The notes under the pieces: model-generated
Told to the model about the DNA's origin: nothing
What the model saw: only the letters and a program-made list of their open reading frames with translations
Database searches by the model: none
Made by a program: the position numbers and the translations under genes
Assembly: GCA_963847445.1 (NCBI GenBank)
Contig: CAWJZV010000011.1
Span: 32,001 to 96,000, forward strand
Source of the DNA: an uncultured delta proteobacterium
Lineage (GTDB): Bacteria; Desulfobacterota; Binatia; UBA9968
DNA: 64,000 bases
Direction of reading: 5' to 3'
Shown: in pieces, positions 1 to 10,242 of the stretch
Layout of the letters: each line of letters begins with the position of its first letter
How positions within the stretch are numbered: position 1 is the stretch's first letter

Positions 1-1320
1 ACACCCGGTGGTAAAATTTTTACCATCGGTAGCTGCTTCGCGCGCAACATAGAAGAACATATGCAAAGGCTGGGATTTGAGATACCGATGTTAAAGTTTC
101 GGGTGCCCGCGGAGGAATGGGGCGCGAGAGCTAACGGAATCCTGAACAAATATACGCCGGCCGCCATCTTCCAAGAGATCGAGTGGACTAAAAAGATATA
201 TGTCAGAGACGGCGTCGTGCGCGAAAGCGATTGTGAGGACTTCCGCTTCGACTGCGATGGGGATTTTTGCCTAGATACCAATTTAGCCGGTTTTAATTTA
301 GTTTCCCGCCCCCGGTATTTCGAGAGGCGTTGTCAGATTTATGAAGTATTCAAAGAGATCTTTACCGCGGATTGCGTAGTGATCACGTTGGGTCTGATCG
401 AAGCCTGGTTCGATCGCGACAAGGGCGTCTACATCCAAGAGGTGCCCAGTGGCAAAATCTTCGCGAAGCAGGCTCAGCGGTTTGCGTTCGAGGTGTTGAG
501 TTACGAACAATGCCGCGATTACATTCAGCGATCCGTCGATACTGTCCGCGCGGTGAATAAGAATGCCAAGATTCTGATTACCACCTCGCCGGTGCCGCTT
601 AGCCGAACATTCACCACCGACGATGTCATTACAGCTAACTCCCATTCCAAGGCGGTGCTCCGCGCGGTTGCCGGCGACATTGCCGCCGCCAATGTCGCGA
701 TAGACTATTTCCCGAGTTACGAAAGCGTCAGCGGTACTAAGAACTGGCAGATCTGGGGCGACGATTTGCTCCACGTCTCGGATGCGTTTGTCGGCAAGGT
801 CGTTTCCCGGTTGACCGACATCTACTGTCCAGGCATCCAGCAGTCGCGCAAAAAGTACTTGGACTTTTACATGGCTTCGAAAGGAGACGATCTCAACGAG
901 GCATTGGAATTGGGTGAACAACTGACCGAAGATCGCTCTCCCGAGTACCGCGAAAGGTTAAGTCAAGTATTGGAGCGAAAGGGCGAAATCAATGCGGCGG
1001 TGAACGAGCTCAAGAAAGCCGTCGACCAAGCTCCCGCCGAACCAAGGCTCAGGTTTCAATTCAGCAAACTTTTGGCGCAAAGCGGCCGCATGCAGGATGC
1101 TCTGTCTGAAGCTCGTTATTGTGTGGCATTAGATCCGACGAATCTGCGCTATCGCCGCCATCTAGTCACTCTCTACGCGGCGGATAGAAACTACCTCCAC
1201 GCACTTGGCCAACGCGTGTTGGCGGCACTCTATCGGCGCCAGTCTAAAACTCAAAATGTAACCCTGAAGCGTTTGCTGCAGCTCTTTTGCCACCAAGGCG
1301 TCACCGCGCAAAAACCTTGA
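1..1320 (+). CDS. GSCFA-domain protein (SGNH-like) with C-terminal TPR repeats; 5' end outside window
   Basis: Frame 1 is open from base 1: TPGGKIFTIGSCFARNIEEHM (GSCFA motif). Later VITLGLIEAW, ITTSPVPL, SKAVLRAVA, YFPSYE, DLLHVS are typical of the family. The C-terminus has TPR-like helices. Confidence 0.85.
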   Translation, partial: TPGGKIFTIGSCFARNIEEHMQRLGFEIPMLKFRVPAEEWGARANGILNKYTPAAIFQEIEWTKKIYVRDGVVRESDCEDFRFDCDGDFCLDTNLAGFNLVSRPRYFERRCQIYEVFKEIFTADCVVITLGLIEAWFDRDKGVYIQEVPSGKIFAKQAQRFAFEVLSYEQCRDYIQRSVDTVRAVNKNAKILITTSPVPLSRTFTTDDVITANSHSKAVLRAVAGDIAAANVAIDYFPSYESVSGTKNWQIWGDDLLHVSDAFVGKVVSRLTDIYCPGIQQSRKKYLDFYMASKGDDLNEALELGEQLTEDRSPEYRERLSQVLERKGEINAAVNELKKAVDQAPAEPRLRFQFSKLLAQSGRMQDALSEARYCVALDPTNLRYRRHLVTLYAADRNYLHALGQRVLAALYRRQSKTQNVTLKRLLQLFCHQGVTAQKP

Positions 1321-1529
1321 ATGCGGTTTGTGCCAGGCGGTGCTGCTATGCGGCGCCGACCGAGGCGAAGATAAATCGATTTAAATTAGCACCGGGCGAA
1401 CCGTCCGTGCTCAAATGTCGCCAAGGCCTACCTTTCCCCGTCTGATGCGAGTTCTTATGAATGCTTCTCGCTCCAGAAATTACGATTCGACGTTGCCTGT
1501 TTTGCCGTTTCCCTGTATTCCTAATCGCT

Positions 1530-2900
1530 ATGGCGCAAACTGAACTCAAGCGGCAAATCGGGTTGTTTTCAGCGGTGATGTTGATCGCCGGCGATATGAT
1601 CGGCACGGGAATTTTTATTTCTACCGGGGCGATCGCGGAGACCTTGCCGTCGCCCGGCGGTGTCTTGCTCGTCTGGCTTTTTGGCGGCTTGCTGGCTCTT
1701 GCCGGCGCGCTGACTTGCGCGGAATTGGCCGCAAGCCTGCCTTACGCTGGAGGCGACTACATTTACATCCGCGAGGCTTACGGCAGACTGATGGGATTTC
1801 TCTCCGGCTGGTCTTCGTTTCTCGTAACCTTTTCCGGCGCCATCGCATTTCTCTCGGTCATCTTGAACGGCTTTGTGTCATTCTTTTTCCCCATCTTGGG
1901 GTCGGAAGAAGTGATCTTTTCTCTGCCTCTGCCGTTGATACCGATCACCGTCAAAATAGGCACGCTGTTTTCCATTGGGGTCGTGTTGCTCTTGTCCGGA
2001 CTCCACTGTCTGGGCGTCCGGCAAGGAACTTTGACGCAGAATATCTTGACGATCTTGAAGATCGGCGCGCTCCTGGGGATCATTCTCCTCGGCATATTCT
2101 TCGGCAACGGCAACACGAGCCACTTCGAACCGCTGTTCGACTGGAGTAAGATCGGCAACTCCAGTTTGTTCGGCGCGGCCTTCATTCCGGTGATCTTTGC
2201 CTACTCGGGCTGGAACGCGGTGACCTACATTGCCGGCGAAGTGAAAGATCCGGATAAGAACCTGCCACGGGCGTTGATGTACGGCGTGCTTATCGTGATC
2301 GCGCTCTACTTGGCGATTAACGCCGTCTATATCTATGCCGTGCCGGTGACCGAGATGAAGGGCGCGCTGCGCATGTCGGAAGTCGCGACCACGGCGCTGT
2401 TCGGCTACAAGACCTCGGCCTGGATCACCGCAATCATCACGGTGTCGATTCTCGGCGCGCTCAACGTGGTGACGATGATCGGGCCACGCATCTACTATGC
2501 GATGGCGAAGGACGGTGTCTTCTTTCACCAGCTCACCTACGTTCATCCGAACTTCGGCACGCCCACCAAGGCGATTCTGCTCCAAGCCTTGTGGTGTTGT
2601 CTGCTGATTCTCACCAATACTTGGGGCACTTTGTTTACCTATGTCAGCGTGGTCATCACACTTTTCTCCGCTTTCACGGTAGGCTCGGTGATCGTGCTTC
2701 GTATCAAGCGGCCGGAACTCAAACGGCCCTATCGGCTGTGGGGTTATCCGCTGGTGCCGATACTCTTTGTCCTGGTTCACCTATGGATCGTCTGGGGCTC
2801 GGTGACCGAAAAGCCGAAAGAATCATTGATCGGTCTCGCCATCGTTTGCCTGGGCATTCCGGCTTATTTGATCTGGCGTAAGCGGGCAACGCAAAGCTGA
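1530..2900 (+). CDS. APC-family amino acid permease
   Basis: LKRQIGL...GDMIGTGIF, AELAASLPYAGGDY, FAYSGWN, GEVKDP, RPYRLWGYP; about 12 TM segments. ATG 1530 chosen as the likely start. Confidence 0.9.
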   Translation: MAQTELKRQIGLFSAVMLIAGDMIGTGIFISTGAIAETLPSPGGVLLVWLFGGLLALAGALTCAELAASLPYAGGDYIYIREAYGRLMGFLSGWSSFLVTFSGAIAFLSVILNGFVSFFFPILGSEEVIFSLPLPLIPITVKIGTLFSIGVVLLLSGLHCLGVRQGTLTQNILTILKIGALLGIILLGIFFGNGNTSHFEPLFDWSKIGNSSLFGAAFIPVIFAYSGWNAVTYIAGEVKDPDKNLPRALMYGVLIVIALYLAINAVYIYAVPVTEMKGALRMSEVATTALFGYKTSAWITAIITVSILGALNVVTMIGPRIYYAMAKDGVFFHQLTYVHPNFGTPTKAILLQALWCCLLILTNTWGTLFTYVSVVITLFSAFTVGSVIVLRIKRPELKRPYRLWGYPLVPILFVLVHLWIVWGSVTEKPKESLIGLAIVCLGIPAYLIWRKRATQS

Positions 2901-2971
2901 ATGGATAATTGAGAATGGATAATGGAAAATGCCGCCCGCGCTCCCTAATTTTCCATTTTCCATTATCCATT
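2900..2971. repeat. Inverted-microsatellite hairpin (7-bp unit AATGGAN)
   Basis: aatggat aattgag aatggat aatggaa aat...loop...aattttccattttccattatccatt; starts at the permease stop codon. Confidence 0.85.
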
Positions 2972-2981
2972 AATTTGAAAT

Positions 2982-3605
2982 ATGGCTGTTCGTATCAATA
3001 AAGTTTACACGCGCACGGGCGACCGGGGCGAGACCGGGCTGGTCGGCGGCAAGCGCGTCGCCAAGGACTCGCTGCGGGTCGAGGCCTATGGCGCCGTCGA
3101 TGAGCTGAACTCGATTGTCGGCGTGGCGCGGGTGTTTAACGAAGAAGATCGCGAATCCGGCGAAGGGCATCGGTTTCTCGACGAAGTCCTGTGCCAGATC
3201 CAAGACGAGCTGTTCGATATCGGCAGCGAGCTGGCGACGCCGCCGGAGTTTTTCCAAGCGGGCATGTACCGCGTCGGCGCGGATGAGATCAAGCGGCTGG
3301 AAAAATGGATCGACCAGTGCCAGAAAGATCTCGAACCGTTGCAGTCCTTCATCCTGCCCGGCGGCGGCCGCATCGGCGCCTACTTGCACCAGTGCCGCAC
3401 GGTGTGCCGGCGCGTCGAACGGGATGTCTTGCGCTTGTCGCGCGAGGAAATGATCAACGACGACGTGATTAAATATCTCAACCGGCTAAGCGATCTGTTT
3501 TTCGTCTTGGCGCGCTGGATCAGCCATCAGATGGGCGAGCGGTACTTTGGCAGCGCGGATTCGTGGCAGCGCGGACTGAATAATCAAGGCAAAAGGAAAA
3601 AGTAA
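2982..3605 (+). CDS. pduO: PduO-type ATP:cob(I)alamin adenosyltransferase
   Basis: KVYTRTGDRGETGL, EAYGAVDELNS, FILPGG, RTVCRRVER, YLNRLSDLFF motifs. Confidence 0.92.
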   Translation: MAVRINKVYTRTGDRGETGLVGGKRVAKDSLRVEAYGAVDELNSIVGVARVFNEEDRESGEGHRFLDEVLCQIQDELFDIGSELATPPEFFQAGMYRVGADEIKRLEKWIDQCQKDLEPLQSFILPGGGRIGAYLHQCRTVCRRVERDVLRLSREEMINDDVIKYLNRLSDLFFVLARWISHQMGERYFGSADSWQRGLNNQGKRKK

Positions 3606-3658
3606 GAAGGGCAAGATTCCGGACGTTCATTGGAGCACTCTGGGGAGGGCGATTAGAA

Positions 3659-4429
3659 ATGGGTCTACTCGACGGGAAGAAGGCGGCGATCTTTGGCGTG
3701 GCCAATGAGCGGAGCATCGCTTGGGCGATCGCGGAGGCGTTTCATGCGGAGGGGGCGGAGCTGGCGTTTACCTTCGCCGGCGAGATTTTGGAAAAGCGCG
3801 TGCGGCCGTTGGCCGAGGGGATCGGCTCGAAAATTATCTTGCCCTGCGACGTGACCAAGGACGAAGAGGTCGAAAAAGTTTTCGCGACGCTCAAGCAAGA
3901 ATGGGGCGGTCTCGACATCTTGATCCACGCCATCGCCTTCGCCAACAAAGAAGACCTGGCCAATCCCTATGTGCAGACCAGCCGCGCTGGATTTCATCTG
4001 GCGATGGACGTCAGCGCCTATTCACTGGTTTCACTGACGCGCCACGCCGCGCCGCTGATGGAAGGACGCAACGGTGCGGTGCTAACGCTGACCTACATGG
4101 GTTCGGAAAAAGTCATTCCGAATTACAATGTCATGGGCGTGGCCAAAGCCGCGTTGGAAGCGAGCGTGCGTTATCTGGCCCATGATCTCGGACCGAAGGG
4201 GATTCGCGTCAATGCGATCTCCGCCGGACCGCTGCGAACCCTCGCGGCGGCGGGAATTTCCGACTTCAAGTCCATGCTGCACCATGTCGCCGAGCGGGCG
4301 CCGCTGAAGCGCAACATCGACGCCGAAGAGGTCGGCAAGACCGCGCTATATCTCTGCAGCGACTGGGGCAGCGCCGTGACCGGCGAAGTCGTGCACGTCG
4401 ACGCCGGCTACAATATTATGGGAATGTGA
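3659..4429 (+). CDS. fabI: Enoyl-ACP reductase FabI
   Basis: GVANERSIAWAIA, YNVMGVAKAALE, RVNAISAGPLRTLAA, TGEVVHVDAGY. Confidence 0.96.
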   Translation: MGLLDGKKAAIFGVANERSIAWAIAEAFHAEGAELAFTFAGEILEKRVRPLAEGIGSKIILPCDVTKDEEVEKVFATLKQEWGGLDILIHAIAFANKEDLANPYVQTSRAGFHLAMDVSAYSLVSLTRHAAPLMEGRNGAVLTLTYMGSEKVIPNYNVMGVAKAALEASVRYLAHDLGPKGIRVNAISAGPLRTLAAAGISDFKSMLHHVAERAPLKRNIDAEEVGKTALYLCSDWGSAVTGEVVHVDAGYNIMGM

Positions 4430-4440
4430 GATGAATGGCT

Positions 4441-4515
4441 GAATGGAGTGATGGAGTAGTGGAGTGATGGGTTGCGGATTTCCGACCCAATACTCCATCA
4501 CTCCAGTACTCCAAC
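4441..4515. repeat. Inverted-microsatellite hairpin (8-bp unit TGGAGTNN)
   Basis: atggagtgatggagtagtggagtgatgggt-tgcggatttccg-acccaatactccatcactccagtactcca; related to the copy at 16604-16693. Confidence 0.9.
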
Positions 4516-4529
4516 TTTCCAGAGGGCTT

Positions 4530-4972
4530 ATGGCAGTTCAAAGAGATCACACCACAACAAGCGCACGAAACTCTAAGCGCCGACAGGACCGTCGTCTACA
4601 TCGACGTGCGCACGGCGCAGGAGTTTGCCAACGGCCATCCGGCCGGCGCGGTAAACATCCCCGTGGCGTTTGCCGATCCGGCGCGCGGCATGGTGTTGAA
4701 TCGCGAACTTCGTCAACGTCGTCGAGAAAAACTTTGCCAAAGACAAGAAAATCATCGTCGGTTGCCAGGCCGGTCCGCGCTCCACTCGAGCGGCCGGTAT
4801 GCTGTTAGAAGCCGGTTATCAGGACATTGCCAACTTACTCGGCGGCTTCGGCGGCATGCGCGATCAATCTGGAACGGTCATCGCGCCGGGCTGGTCGGCG
4901 TCGGGACTGCCGGTGAGTAGTGATAATGGCGACGGGGTAAGCTACCAATCGCTTTCAGCGAAAGGACGCTGA
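4530..4972 (+). CDS. Rhodanese-like domain protein (frameshifted in assembly)
   Basis: Pieces in different frames: YIDVRTAQEFANGHPAGAVNIP; KKIIVGCQAGPRSTRAAGML...GYQDIANLLGGFGG. Confidence 0.8.
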
Positions 4973-5033
4973 AGGCGAATTCCATATGGCAGATTTCACA
5001 TTACAAATTCCGTAACGTTACTACATTGCTCTT

Positions 5034-5709
5034 ATGAATCCTGCGCTTTACTTTAAACAGCTCGAAATCGGCCCGATGCAGAACTACGTTTATCTGATCG
5101 GTTCGACGGAAACACGCAAAGTTGCTGTCGTCGACGCCGCTTGGGAGATCGACACGATTGTCAAAACCGCGGCGCAGGACGGCATGGAAATCACCCATGC
5201 TTTCGTCACCCACACCCACCCGGATCATGTCGGCGGTGGCGTTTGCCGGGATGGCGATCGATGGTGTAAGCGAGCTGTTGGAGAAGTGCAAAGCCAAAGT
5301 GGTGGTGCATAAGGCCGAGGCGGAGTTTCTCAAAGGCTTGGTGGCGTCGGACCTGATCAAGACCGATCACGGCGACAAGATCGACGTCGGCGGTATCGAG
5401 ATCGAGCTCATGCACACCCCCGGCCACACGCCGGGCTCGCAGTGCTTCCTGGTCGACGGCCGCGTGGTCTCAGGCGACACGATGTTCATCGACGCCTGCG
5501 GCCGAGTGGACTTCCCGGGCGGCAATGCCGAGCAGATGTATTACAGCCTGACGCAAAAACTGATGGCCCTGCCCAATGAAACGATTCTGTTCCCCGGCCA
5601 CAACTACGCTGCGCTTGCGCACGCCACCATCGGCGAGCAGAAGAAGACCAATCCCTATTTAAGATTTGGCTCGCTGAAACAGTTCCTGGCGGCGATGGGG
5701 TATCGCTGA
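5034..5709 (+). CDS. MBL-fold metallo-hydrolase, glyoxalase II-like (one frameshift near 5240)
   Basis: GPMQNYVYLI, THTHPDHVGG, HTPGHTPGS, SGDTMF, GRVDFPGG, FPGHNY. Confidence 0.88.
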
Positions 5710-5726
5710 GCGCTGCGCGCTCAGCG

Positions 5727-5819
5727 AATTCCAGATTACAAATTCCAGATTCAATAGCCGGGCTGCTGATTCAGTGGCAAATTCCCAATCTGGAATTTGA
5801 AATCTGAAATTTGAAATTT
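5727..5819. repeat. Inverted-microsatellite hairpin (7/14-bp unit AATTCCA-GATTNCA) between convergent genes
   Basis: aattccagattacaaattccagattcaa ... aatctggaatttgaaatctgaaatttgaaattt. Confidence 0.8.
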
Positions 5820-5828
5820 CGCCGGGAT

Positions 5829-6866
5829 CTACGGCGCTTTGCCAATGAATTTGTTGGTCCAGAGCAATCCTTCGGTGGCTGTCGGGATCTTCGCGCGGTC
5901 TTTCAACATGCCGGCGCCGGCGGCGAAGTTGATGATCTTGTTCCAGCCGTCCACCGTCATGTTGCCCCACTTGGGCATGGCCGGAGCGACCATGCTGTAG
6001 GCCAGGTTGAACACATCGTCTTCCAACTTCGATTTGTCGGAAAATTTATGGGCGCGCAGGGCGGCTTTGAACTCGTTGGGTTTGCTGTGGTAGAGCGCGC
6101 CGGCGCGGGAGATCGCGCGGGACACCGCGGTGGTGGTGGCGCGGTTGGCCTCGGCGTAGTCGGGGCGGGCCATCAAAACTTCAAAGTGATAGTCGGTGAA
6201 TTCGGGGATTTCGCCCAGCCCCAACGGAATCAGCGCGTAGCCTTTGCCGGCGGCTTCGGTGATTTCCACCGACGGCGGCGATTGGGCGAAGCCATCGATG
6301 ACGTTGTTCATCAGCGCCGGCACCAGTTCATTGCCGCCGAGGGCGGCGAACTTCAACTTGCTCGGGTCGGCGCCTTTGGCCTTGTTGGCCATGAAGCGAA
6401 AGATCTGCTCCGACACCGCGCCGGGGCCGGTGGTGCCGATGGTGCCAAGGTGATTCACCACCTGCATGCGCTCTTGCAGCGGACTTTTGCGCGTGAGCTT
6501 TAATTTATCGACGATCGCTTTGCGCACGCCGACGGTGAGCGTCATGTTACGGTTATGCGACTGCACGGCGATCAGCGGCGCGCCTTCGGCGTAGGCAAGG
6601 ATCAAACCTTCCGACGACGACGCGCAGAACTGCGCCGAACGGCCGACCACGGCGCTCTGGCATTGCGAGCCGCCGCCGGCGACGACGACTTTGGCGCGCA
6701 CGCCTTCCTGGTCGAAATATTTCAACTGCTCGGCGACCCAGACCGCCGAGAAGGCCAGGTTGGAAACCGCCGTGGTGATAGTAATTTCTTCTTTTTGCTG
6801 AGCGCCGACGGTGACGGCGCTCCCGGCCAGGATGGCGATGGCCAGCGCGCATAGCTTTTTATTCAT
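5829..6866 (-). CDS. ABC transporter substrate-binding protein (NMT1/TauA/SsuA-like)
   Basis: Signal peptide, VWVAEQLKYFDQEGV, IGTTGPGAVS; lies in an operon with a permease and an ATPase. Confidence 0.85.
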   Translation of the reverse strand: MNKKLCALAIAILAGSAVTVGAQQKEEITITTAVSNLAFSAVWVAEQLKYFDQEGVRAKVVVAGGGSQCQSAVVGRSAQFCASSSEGLILAYAEGAPLIAVQSHNRNMTLTVGVRKAIVDKLKLTRKSPLQERMQVVNHLGTIGTTGPGAVSEQIFRFMANKAKGADPSKLKFAALGGNELVPALMNNVIDGFAQSPPSVEITEAAGKGYALIPLGLGEIPEFTDYHFEVLMARPDYAEANRATTTAVSRAISRAGALYHSKPNEFKAALRAHKFSDKSKLEDDVFNLAYSMVAPAMPKWGNMTVDGWNKIINFAAGAGMLKDRAKIPTATEGLLWTNKFIGKAP

Positions 6867-6876
6867 TGAAACCTCC

Positions 6877-7713
6877 TTATCCTTGTACCTGGACGCTTTC
6901 GGTCTGAGTCTGCCAGCGCAACACGCGCCGTTCGATCAGATCGGCAACTTTGTTCATCAGGATTACGATTATCATCAAGACGGCGATGCCGACAAACACG
7001 TCGGCGGTTCTAAACACGCCGGCGGCGGCGCGGATATAATAGCCCAGCCCTTCGGTGGCGGCGATGAATTCGCCGGTGATGGCGCCGATGACCGAGAACG
7101 GGATGCTGGTTTTGAAGCCGGTGATGATGTACGGCGACACCGCCGGCAGGATGACGCGAAAGGACAAGCGCCAGCGGTTGGCGCCCATCAGCCGCGCCAG
7201 ATCGACGAACTCTTGATCGAGCTGTTTCATGCCGGCGTAGGTGTTAAAAAAATTCAGAAAGAAAACCAGGATGAAGACGACGCCGACCTTGGACCAGATG
7301 CCGATGCCTAACCAGACGATGAACAGCGGCGCCAGCGCCGTGCGCGGCACGCCGTAGAGCGCGATGATGATGGGCTCGAAGATATCAGCCAACGCTTTGC
7401 TCCTGCCGAAAATATAGCCGGTCCAAATGCCGGTCAAGGCGCCGATGGGAAAGCCGATGCCGATCTCTTGAAAGGTCACCCAGGTATTATTGATCAGCTC
7501 GCCGGATTGAAAGGCCTGCAAAAACGCCTTCCAGATCTTGCTCGGGCTGCTGATCAAGAACGCTTCGATCCAGCGGCCCGAGGCGACTTCCCAGAGCAGG
7601 AAGAAACCGCCGACGACGAAGATGCGAATGGCGTGAATCATCAGGTTGCGGCGCCAGCCAGGCTGTGACAGAGTCGGCGTGCGGCGGATTTGCGATTGTC
7701 GATCGGTGCTCAT
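6877..7713 (-). CDS. ABC transporter permease (SsuC/TauC-like)
   Basis: PRTALAPLFIVWLGIG, EAA-like loop LARLMGANR..VILPA, GEFIAATEGLGY. ATG at 7713. Confidence 0.9.
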   Translation of the reverse strand: MSTDRQSQIRRTPTLSQPGWRRNLMIHAIRIFVVGGFFLLWEVASGRWIEAFLISSPSKIWKAFLQAFQSGELINNTWVTFQEIGIGFPIGALTGIWTGYIFGRSKALADIFEPIIIALYGVPRTALAPLFIVWLGIGIWSKVGVVFILVFFLNFFNTYAGMKQLDQEFVDLARLMGANRWRLSFRVILPAVSPYIITGFKTSIPFSVIGAITGEFIAATEGLGYYIRAAAGVFRTADVFVGIAVLMIIVILMNKVADLIERRVLRWQTQTESVQVQG

Positions 7714-7714
7714 G

Positions 7715-8539
7715 TCACTCTTCAGTTGTCGGGTCGGCGCCGTTGTCCCGCACATTGAGCTCATGGCGGAAAATATTCCACAGCCGCGCATGGGCTTCGT
7801 CAAAACCATCTTGCCGGTGGATTTCGAAAATATTGCGCGGCCGGCGTCATCGGCACGGTGATTACGTCGCGGATTTTTCCGGGCCGGTGGGTCATGACCA
7901 CGACGCGGTCGGCCAGCGCCACGGCTTCGACCAGATCATGGGTTACGAAGATGATCGTCTGGCGCTTTTGCTCCCAGATTTTCAACAGCTCGTCTTGCAG
8001 GATCATGCGCGTCTGGGCGTCCAGCGGACCGAAGGGTTCGTCCATCAATATCACCGTGGGATCGTAGGCGAGGGCGCGGACGATGGAGGCGCGCTTGGCC
8101 ATGCCGCCGGAGAGCTGCGAGGGATAACGTTTCTCAAAACCGGCCAGTCCGGCCAGCTGGATGAAGTGGCTGCACGCGCTGCGTCGCGCTCTTCTTTCGA
8201 ATAGGCTTTGCTGTCGAGACCGAAGGCGACGTTTTCTTCGACGGTGAGCCAGGGGAAGAGTTTACTTTCCTGGGGCACGTAGCCGACCTTGGTATTGAGA
8301 CCGCGCACTTCTTCGCCCTGGCAGATAATCCGCCCGGCGCTCAAACCGACCAGGCCGGCGATTAATTTTATCAACGTCGACTTGCCGCAACCGCTCGGGC
8401 CGACCACGGTGACAAACTCGCCGTGACGAATTTCGAGTGAGATGTTGTCCAGCGCACCGACTTGGTCGGCGTCGGCGGTGTGAAAAGTTTTCGCAACGTT
8501 TTCGACTCGGATGACGATTGGGTCTAGCGGCTGTGCCAT
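7715..8539 (-). CDS. ABC transporter ATP-binding protein (frameshifted)
   Basis: Walker A GPSGCGKST, LSGGM, LMDEPFGPLDAQTR, FVTHD, spread over frames. Confidence 0.9.
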
Positions 8540-8659
8540 AGGTTCCGGTTGACTCGCTCGGCGTCGCGCCGACGAGAAATCGGGTCACTTTATATCATAA
8601 GGGAATTTTGCCGTTGCAAGTCTTTGGCCGAAGAGAACGCGATCTGGTTGATGTACCTG

Positions 8660-9000
8660 TACCCGGGGGGGCGATGAGATTTTCAAGATCTACGGCGGCG
8701 TGTGGAAAAAACTGGGCAGACAAAAAGTGGTCGCGCCCAAGCATGGCTGCTGGGAGAATCTCGCCAAGGCGCTCAAGCCCTACGGCGTGGCGAAAGAAGA
8801 TGTGCCGAGCCCGCTGCAACGTTTTTCAAACCATGGTGATCAACGCCAAGACCGGCAGCATGCGCTACTCGATGACCCGGCCGGGGCCGGAGGCGACATG
8901 GTCGACTTACGCTCTGAGATGGATTGCCTGGTCGGCATCAGCGCTGTCCGGAAGGCGGGCGGGGGAAGAGATCTGCGTGATAGTTATCTACAAACCGTGA
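8660..9000 (+). pseudogene. C-terminal fragment of a DUF1989 / urea-carboxylase-associated family protein
   Basis: HGCWENLAKALKPYGV..EDVPSP / NVFQTMVI / GDMVDLRSEMDCLVGISA match the family C-terminal half. No N-terminal half is present upstream. Confidence 0.65.
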
Positions 9001-9043
9001 CGTTCGTGTATCGGCAATCTGATCGCACGACGTTCGTCAAGCA

Positions 9044-9130
9044 GTTCAAATCGTTTAAGCCGTTCAAACCGTATCGGAGATTGCATCCGTTCGACGTTGG
9101 AACCATAGGAGCTGCAGGAACGATTGGAAC
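9044..9130. repeat. Inverted-microsatellite hairpin (9-bp unit GTTCAANCC), degenerate right arm
   Basis: gttcaaatc gtttaagcc gttcaaacc ... ttggaacc..aggagctgcaggaacgattggaac. Confidence 0.7.
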
Positions 9131-9134
9131 AGGC

Positions 9135-10146
9135 TTATTTATAGAGCTTGTCGATGTAGCCGCTGGACTCGAGTTCCTTCAAAAAACTCACGTCGGTAAA
9201 GTCACTCGGTTTGGCCTGGCCGGCTTTGGGGTTTTTCACCTTTAGTTGGTCGAGAAAGAGCTGGATGCCGGGCTCGGTCGGATAGGGCACGCGTCGGGTC
9301 AGCTTGACGACGATTTCATTGTAGGCTTCTTCGACGGACTTTCTCGTCTTTGATCGCCAGATATTTTTGCAGGATCTTCTGCGCGCCCTTGGCATTGGTC
9401 AGATTGTAATGGCTGCCCTCGACGTAAGCTCGCAAGAAGCGGCGCACGGTGTCGGGCCTTTTTTTGATGTAGTCGCGGGTGACGGCGACGCCGTTTTGCT
9501 GCCATTCGACGTCGAGCTTGGTGAAATCGAGCAGCGCGCGAAAGCCGAGCTCTTTGGCTTTGAGCGTTTCCGGCGCTTGCAGCAAGCGTCGCCTGAAGCG
9601 CGTTGCCCTGCATGGCGGCCAGGCGCGCTGGAATATTGCCGGCTTGCACGTAGGTGACTTCACTTTCCTTGACGCCGAGCTTGTCGAAAACGGTGATCGC
9701 GGCGGCGTTGATCGGCGCTGCCGATGCGGCTGACGCCGAATTTCTTGCCTCTCAGATCTTCCACTCGCTTGATCTCGTCGGTGACGAAAAGCACGTAAGG
9801 AAAGCGATTGGCTCCGCCCGCAACCAGCACGGTGCCGGACCCTTGCAGGTTGCTGGTGACCACCGCGGAAGCTCCGGCGTGGACGATCGGTGTTTCACCC
9901 GAGACCAGGGCGGCGATGGCCAGCGGCGCGCCGACGAGCAGGACCAAGTCGACGTCGAGTCCGTGCTTGGCAAACAGGCCCAGATCTTTGGCGGTCCAGA
10001 TGGTTGCCTGGGTCGGCGCGATCACCGTGTAAGCGACGCGCAGTTTTTCCATTGGCGTTTGCGCCCCGGCATGAGAATGCGCCAGCGAAATTGCCATCGA
10101 CTACGCAAAGGAGCGAGAGCGGTCTATTCAAGATGCGATTTTTCAT
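9135..10146 (-). CDS. ABC transporter substrate-binding protein (NMT1-like), multiple frameshifts
   Basis: WTAKDLGLFAKHGLDV, DLRGKKFGVSRIGS, FLRAYVEG, DFTDVSFLKELESSGYIDKLYK. Confidence 0.82.
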
Positions 10147-10242
10147 CACGAAATAATCTCCAGGGAATGGGCTGATTGACCGGTAAACGCCGGCCCGTGG
10201 CCTCGGTTCATCTGTAACCCAAGTCGGCGGATTTAAAAAGCC

